Positions 45,646 to 48,858 of a stretch of 48,858 nucleotides of DNA are shown here, one piece after another. Each line of letters opens with the position of its first letter. Within the stretch, counting starts at the first letter, position 1. The notes under the pieces are model-generated. The model did no database searches and was not told the origin of the DNA. It saw only the letters and a list, made by a program, of their open reading frames with translations. The stretch spans positions 1 to 48,858 of the forward strand of contig REDP01000237.1 in the NCBI GenBank assembly GCA_007693455.1, read 5' to 3'. The stretch is from Planctomycetota bacterium. Lineage in GTDB: Bacteria; Planctomycetota; UBA11346. The translations under genes and the position numbers were made by a program.

Positions 45646-47724
45646 TTACTCCGTCACCATAAACCACCGCGAGCGTTCGGTGGGCATGAGGGGGTGATAG
45701 TGCTCAAAGCCATGGATCACCCCACCCAGACGCTCACGCGTGTCTGGGGCATCGGTATATGGGGTATTATGCCAAAAGATGGCGCCGCGACGCACGCTGA
45801 CAAATAAATAGGGTTGATCGCGATAAATATAATCGGCCACCAAGGCCCCCAGGCGATAGCGCTCTTCCAGATCAAAGGTGGTGCGCAGGGCTTCCATGTG
45901 CTGATCCGCTTCGGGATTAACATAACTGGCGTAGTTACTGCTGCGGGGTTCGTTAGCACCGCTGGAATGCCATAACTGCATAAAATCTACCTGTAAACCA
46001 CTGCGCCAGCCAACCGCAAAAGCATCAAAATCACGATTATCAGCACGGCGTCCCCACTCCTCATCTTCCACGGGATCGCCGACAATACGCACGCCAATCT
46101 TACGGCAATCATCAGCATACAGGCTTATCAGGTTGCCCCAGACACGGTTGAGCGCAAAGTAGGTAATGTTAATGCGCAGGGTAACCCGTTCGCCATCAAT
46201 AATTTTATCACGCCAGCCATCGCCATTGCTATCTACCCATCCAGCCTCATCCAATAACGCGGCAGCGCGCTCCAAGTCAAAGGTATAGGCGGGGGTATCA
46301 GCGTTAAAATAGGGGCTGGTGGGATGCACAGGGCCGGTGGAGCGTTCCGCTAATCCAAAAAACACTTCGTCCCGCACCCGCTCAAAATCAAAAGCATGGG
46401 CCAGGGCCTGGCGCACTCGTGGATCACTCAGGCGAGAGCGCCGGGTATTCCAGCACAAGCCACTCCACGAATTACCGCCAATGATCTCCCAGCCAAAAGG
46501 GCTTTCGCGGCCGGCCTGGGGGTTTTCTTCGGGATCATAGGCGGCAAAGCGCGGCTCATGGCGGTCGATCACCTCCCCCTTCCACTGCGATGGGGTGGGC
46601 GAGTGAATATGCACCTCATTGTTTTTGAAGCCCAGTAATTGTGCGTCGGGCTCACGGGTGCGCAAATTCCAGCGCTGCCGCTCAAAGTGCTGAGTGACTC
46701 CCCAATAATCAGGGTTGCGCCGAAATTCTACGTGGGAGCGCGGCTCAAAACGATGCATGACATAGGGGCCGGTACCAATCAGGCCCCAGGCACGGTCAAA
46801 CCAATGCTCATTAAATACTACGGGGATATCTTCCTCCCCCAATGGTTCGCCAAATTCATCGTTGGTATAAATATGACGGGGCAGGGGTGACATACCCAGG
46901 GTAAAAGTAATATTGGTATACTCACCCTCTTCCCAGGTAACTTCCAGAGTGTAGTCGTCAATCGCCCGGGCTTGTGCACCACTATAATACACGCGCAGGT
47001 GCGGGGCTTGGACTTCTAGATTGTTGACCATATCCAGATAGAAAACAAAATCATGGGCAGTAAGCTCGACGGGTTCGCGCAACCACTCCTTGCCCTCTTC
47101 GCGGGCCATGCGCGGCACATGCCAGGTAACCCCCTCGCGCAAGGTAAAGGTAAAACGAGTGAAATTGTCTTCGATTTTCACCGCCGTTGCCAAACCCTGC
47201 CGCCAACGAGTAGGGTCTTCGGGCCGAGTATGGGCCAAAGCATCACTCACCATATTCACAATGTCTGAGGTAGCTCCCATACTGGTGATCACCGTATTGA
47301 GCCCCTGCGTGGGCTCGGAGGCATAGCTGCGGTAGGTCCCCCCCACCCGATCAGGGTCAAAGGCCGAGCGGTCATACGGCAAAAGAAAGTTGCGCCCTTC
47401 GACTGGAATTCCATCGGGCTCGCCCGGCAGATAGGCCCTGGCATCGTCGTTGGCATCCGTTTCTGGAGCGTGTAATTGGCCACTGTGCAGGCCTTCGCTA
47501 AAGGCATTAAGGGAACGACTCAGCGCCCGCATGCTTTCGCTGAGTTCTTGCTGGCCAGCCGTGAGTTGCCGCTGATCACCGCGCAGACGTTGAAATTCAA
47601 CCTGAGACTGTTCCAGGGTTTCATGCAATTCGGCTAACTGCAAGGTCTCGCGCGAACGGTCCAACAACTGCACCAAGAGCAGCAAGGCGACAATGACCAA
47701 TAGGATTATTTTCAAGAGCTGCAT
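45646..47724 (-). CDS. oppA: Peptide ABC transporter substrate-binding protein (family 5), membrane-anchored
   Basis: FTLREGVTWH, TAHDFVF, IGTGPY, RRNPDYWG, DPRVRQALAHA, AAALLDEAGW; N-terminal TM plus coiled coil. Confidence 0.88.
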   Translation of the reverse strand: MQLLKIILLVIVALLLLVQLLDRSRETLQLAELHETLEQSQVEFQRLRGDQRQLTAGQQELSESMRALSRSLNAFSEGLHSGQLHAPETDANDDARAYLPGEPDGIPVEGRNFLLPYDRSAFDPDRVGGTYRSYASEPTQGLNTVITSMGATSDIVNMVSDALAHTRPEDPTRWRQGLATAVKIEDNFTRFTFTLREGVTWHVPRMAREEGKEWLREPVELTAHDFVFYLDMVNNLEVQAPHLRVYYSGAQARAIDDYTLEVTWEEGEYTNITFTLGMSPLPRHIYTNDEFGEPLGEEDIPVVFNEHWFDRAWGLIGTGPYVMHRFEPRSHVEFRRNPDYWGVTQHFERQRWNLRTREPDAQLLGFKNNEVHIHSPTPSQWKGEVIDRHEPRFAAYDPEENPQAGRESPFGWEIIGGNSWSGLCWNTRRSRLSDPRVRQALAHAFDFERVRDEVFFGLAERSTGPVHPTSPYFNADTPAYTFDLERAAALLDEAGWVDSNGDGWRDKIIDGERVTLRINITYFALNRVWGNLISLYADDCRKIGVRIVGDPVEDEEWGRRADNRDFDAFAVGWRSGLQVDFMQLWHSSGANEPRSSNYASYVNPEADQHMEALRTTFDLEERYRLGALVADYIYRDQPYLFVSVRRGAIFWHNTPYTDAPDTRERLGGVIHGFEHYHPLMPTERSRWFMVTE

Positions 47725-47897
47725 ACCGTTCCCTTCGTAGTCGCACATCCCAGGCTACGCAGCTGCCGCAGGGGGCACTACGTGTATGCGCGCAGTGTGG
47801 TTTCAGCCAGGACGAGGCAAGGCCCCCCAGCTGTCTCTCTCCTGTAACTGTATCTCCCAGTATCTGCCTATCGCACGGGGCCGGGGCAGGCCTTCTC

Positions 47898-48299
47898 TCA
47901 ATCCCACCACTCAGCCGCCTGCAACATGGGGGTCAGGCGCAAACGTGGTGGTGCTGGTAATTGCGGTTTGCTACACCCTTGGGCTAGGGCTGCGCATACA
48001 ATTAACAGATGCCCGGTATCAAAGGGCCAGCGCAGAGGATCGGCCCCTGCCAAGTGGCGCGGAGCCCGTTCGAGCACCGCCCGAGCCGGTCCACGACGGC
48101 CACGTTGTAAATGGTAGCCTGCAGCTGCCAGCTGAATAAGGCCTTTGAGATAATGCCGGTCCGGGCCCGCATACGCCCGCCAACCATCTTCCCAGGCCTC
48201 ATGAGCGGCCCAAAACCGCCGCTGATCAAAGGCCAAAGCCCCCTCCTGCAAGCGCCGCCACAACAACGGATGAGATTCACGACGAATGGGCGGTAACAC
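47898..48299 (-). CDS. DUF309-family protein
   Basis: FDQRRFWAAHEAWEDGW...KGLIQLAAAGYH. Confidence 0.8.
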   Translation of the reverse strand: MLPPIRRESHPLLWRRLQEGALAFDQRRFWAAHEAWEDGWRAYAGPDRHYLKGLIQLAAAGYHLQRGRRGPARAVLERAPRHLAGADPLRWPFDTGHLLIVCAALAQGCSKPQLPAPPRLRLTPMLQAAEWWD

Positions 48300-48334
48300 A
48301 AAAACCAGGATCGCCCCTCCCCAACACGCACAAG

Positions 48335-48410
48335 AAAAAAAAGGGGGACAGGCTAATATATCTCAGCCGCCGCGCACCCGAGACAGCAACGATAACAGGA
48401 TCGTCTGTCC
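48335..48410 (+). repeat. Isolated copy of the GGGACAGGCTA motif with a degenerate inverted partner
   Basis: AAAAAAAAGGGGGACAGGCTA 48335-48355; ATCGTCTGTCC 48400-48410 resembles ATCGCCTGTCC 17462-17472. Confidence 0.55.
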
Positions 48411-48858
48411 GTTATAGATTGCTTGCAATCAATACGTTACAATTATCTGGAGGGGCTCAGCGAAAAGAAGACAAACTTCACCCGTGGCCCAGAAACGGAT
48501 TGAGCCGAGATTGAGAACCGGAAAGCCAACTCCCAGCCGCTAAGAATTAGCGACTACAGGCAAAGGCTTGGATACAGACCGCATCCGTGTTTATCTGCAT
48601 TCATCCGCGGCCACAACCATCCGCAGGCACACTATCTCCGTGGTTCTGGCTCAATCGCAATCGCATGAGGCCATGCATAAAATGATTGCTGCTACCACCT
48701 ACCGACACACGCTCACGGTAAATCCTCCCACACAGGCTAAAGCGTCGCAAGGCATCCATAATAGTGATATACGATTTAGTGGTTTTCGTCTACTGTTGGT
48801 CAGCTTGCCGTGCCAGGGCGCAGTGCGCCTTCGCGATCCACTAATGCAGGTTTTCGAA

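Noticed and set aside
48751-48778. dif/Xer site (GGCATCCATAA-TAGTGA-TATACGATTTA)
   Set aside because: The left arm is partly XerC-like, but the right arm does not match the conserved TTATGTTAAAT

Overview
Gene-dense, GC-rich bacterial chromosome segment. It is probably from the PVC superphylum, most likely Planctomycetota. This is an inference from an H-X9-DG prepilin-like protein, paired FAD_oxidored proteins, a receptor Ser/Thr kinase and an ECF/anti-sigma pair. Housekeeping content: kdsC with a possible lptC-like gene, acpP-fabF, gyrB-hemH, pntA1A2B, ruvA-rpe, trxA-sfsA, hrpB and an Opp/Dpp-type peptide ABC transporter. It also carries two regulator-paired FAD oxidoreductases, a surface-glycan locus with a low-GC core, and a photolyase. 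I found no tRNA, rRNA, CRISPR, integrase or transposase. The most striking signals are: (1) an intergenic cluster at 17297-17643 with eight stuttered copies of an AAGTTAGG(GACAGGCTA) motif and inverted partners that enclose degenerate copies of a ~55-bp piece of the neighbouring gene, taken from directly behind a GGGGGACAG look-alike in that gene; (2) an ACP paralog whose phosphopantetheine serine is replaced by glutamate; (3) a ferrochelatase with an N-terminal Cys-rich insertion. All calls are by eye; no database searches were run.
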